DNA of 26,134 nt from a virus (Duplodnaviria > Heunggongvirae > Uroviricota > Caudoviricetes), in IMG/VR virus record IMGVR_UViG_3300027792_000307, positions 128,866 to 154,999 of that record; one strand, 5' to 3'. Positions 25,245-26,134 of the stretch are shown in pieces. Below the pieces are notes generated by a model. The model worked only from the letters and a program-made list of their open reading frames with translations. It did no database searches and was not told where the DNA came from. The position numbers and the translations under genes are program-made. Each line of letters begins with the position of its first letter. Position 1 is the stretch's first letter.

Positions 25245-25667
25245 ATGGAAAACCAAACCAATAATAAAACTGATGGGGAAAATCCCCTATCGTACGCCAG
25301 TAATCTTTTAAAAGACAATAATCAAACCTTAAGAAAAAAGAAAATAACCAAAAATTCACGTTGGTCAATTAATAGTAAATCTTCACAACAAAACCAACAA
25401 ATCGTTTTATTACATATGTATAACTGTCCATATGTAACCATAAAAGAAAATTCCAATGGGAAATTAGGTTTTTTTATGGAAAAAGGTTTTAATTCACATC
25501 ATTTAAACAGAAATAAAACTGATGATTCGATTAATAACCTTATTGTTGTGAATGAAAAAAACCATAACTTCTGTGATTTTCACGGAGATAAATTCGTAAA
25601 AGGTTTAATCACTTATGAGGAATACATCAATACAATAAAACCTTTCATAGTTTGGGGGGTGCTTTAA
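25245..25667 (+). CDS. HNH endonuclease-like protein
   Basis: SHHLNRNKTDDSINNLIVVNEKNH is an HH-x-N-x-N-K-x-D-(N/D)-x-x-x-NL HNH motif; likely start ATG 25245. Confidence 0.75.
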   Translation: MENQTNNKTDGENPLSYASNLLKDNNQTLRKKKITKNSRWSINSKSSQQNQQIVLLHMYNCPYVTIKENSNGKLGFFMEKGFNSHHLNRNKTDDSINNLIVVNEKNHNFCDFHGDKFVKGLITYEEYINTIKPFIVWGVL

Positions 25668-26134
25668 ATGAAGTACTCCCATATCCCTTTTACTTTAACT
25701 CATAATGGGAAAACATATTATACAAATATGAAATATGCGTATAAAATGGGGAAATTACTTAATAAATCGGTAGTTCGTAATAAAATAATCGTTCCTTATA
25801 CTAATTGGGATATGAGAATTGACGTTTATACGGGTCGAAAAACTATTCAAAAAGACCTTGAGGGTAATCCTAAAAAAATATCTTCAAGACCCGTTGAAAT
25901 ATACGGGTACTATTTGGTAGAAAAAACTACCAATATTAAATCTTCAAATCTACCTTTTAATGAAATTCATATATCACTTGATAATATGTTAAAGGTTTAT
26001 TATAAGCATAAAAAGGAAAAAGGTTTTACATACGAAACATGTAAAAGGATAATGAATAAGAATTTTAACGGGGGTGCATGTTTTGGTTTTATATTTGACA
26101 TTACGGGAGATATAATAATTAACTTAAAAACGAT
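25668..26134 (+). CDS. Partial hypothetical protein (runs off the right end)
   Basis: Not in the ORF track; GGGGGTG SD, ATG right after the HNH stop, open to the window end: MKYSHIPFTLTHNGKTYYTNMKY... Confidence 0.75.
   Translation, partial: MKYSHIPFTLTHNGKTYYTNMKYAYKMGKLLNKSVVRNKIIVPYTNWDMRIDVYTGRKTIQKDLEGNPKKISSRPVEIYGYYLVEKTTNIKSSNLPFNEIHISLDNMLKVYYKHKKEKGFTYETCKRIMNKNFNGGACFGFIFDITGDIIINLKT

Overview
About 26 kb of an AT-rich tailed virus (Caudoviricetes, siphovirus-type morphogenesis genes), very probably infecting an archaeon. Support for an archaeal host: an Alba gene, GGTGA/GAGGTGA-type Shine-Dalgarno sites, BRE+TATA promoters and leaderless genes. Positions 1-22582 are one minus-strand packaging/morphogenesis block. 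In reading order it holds: HNH-like, TerS, two small membrane proteins, TerL, Alba, portal, a first prohead-type protease, small Cys-rich/HIT-like/hypothetical genes, a 1557-aa fibre-like protein, a stand-alone PAS-domain protein, a coiled-coil/TM protein, an HK97 protease-scaffold, two paralogous capsid decoration proteins, major capsid, neck/tail completion genes, two paralogous tail tube proteins, a tail assembly chaperone with a +1 frameshift at UCC-UUU-CGU, and two Ser-rich repeat fibre proteins. Positions ~22600-25240 are an ORF-poor control region. It holds two arrays of 15-bp palindrome-cored repeats, an AT-rich tract, several duplicated sites, many BRE/TATA elements and two tiny leaderless genes with their own terminators. 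A divergent plus-strand unit (HNH + unknown gene) starts at 25245. All product calls come from motif recognition by eye; no searches were run.
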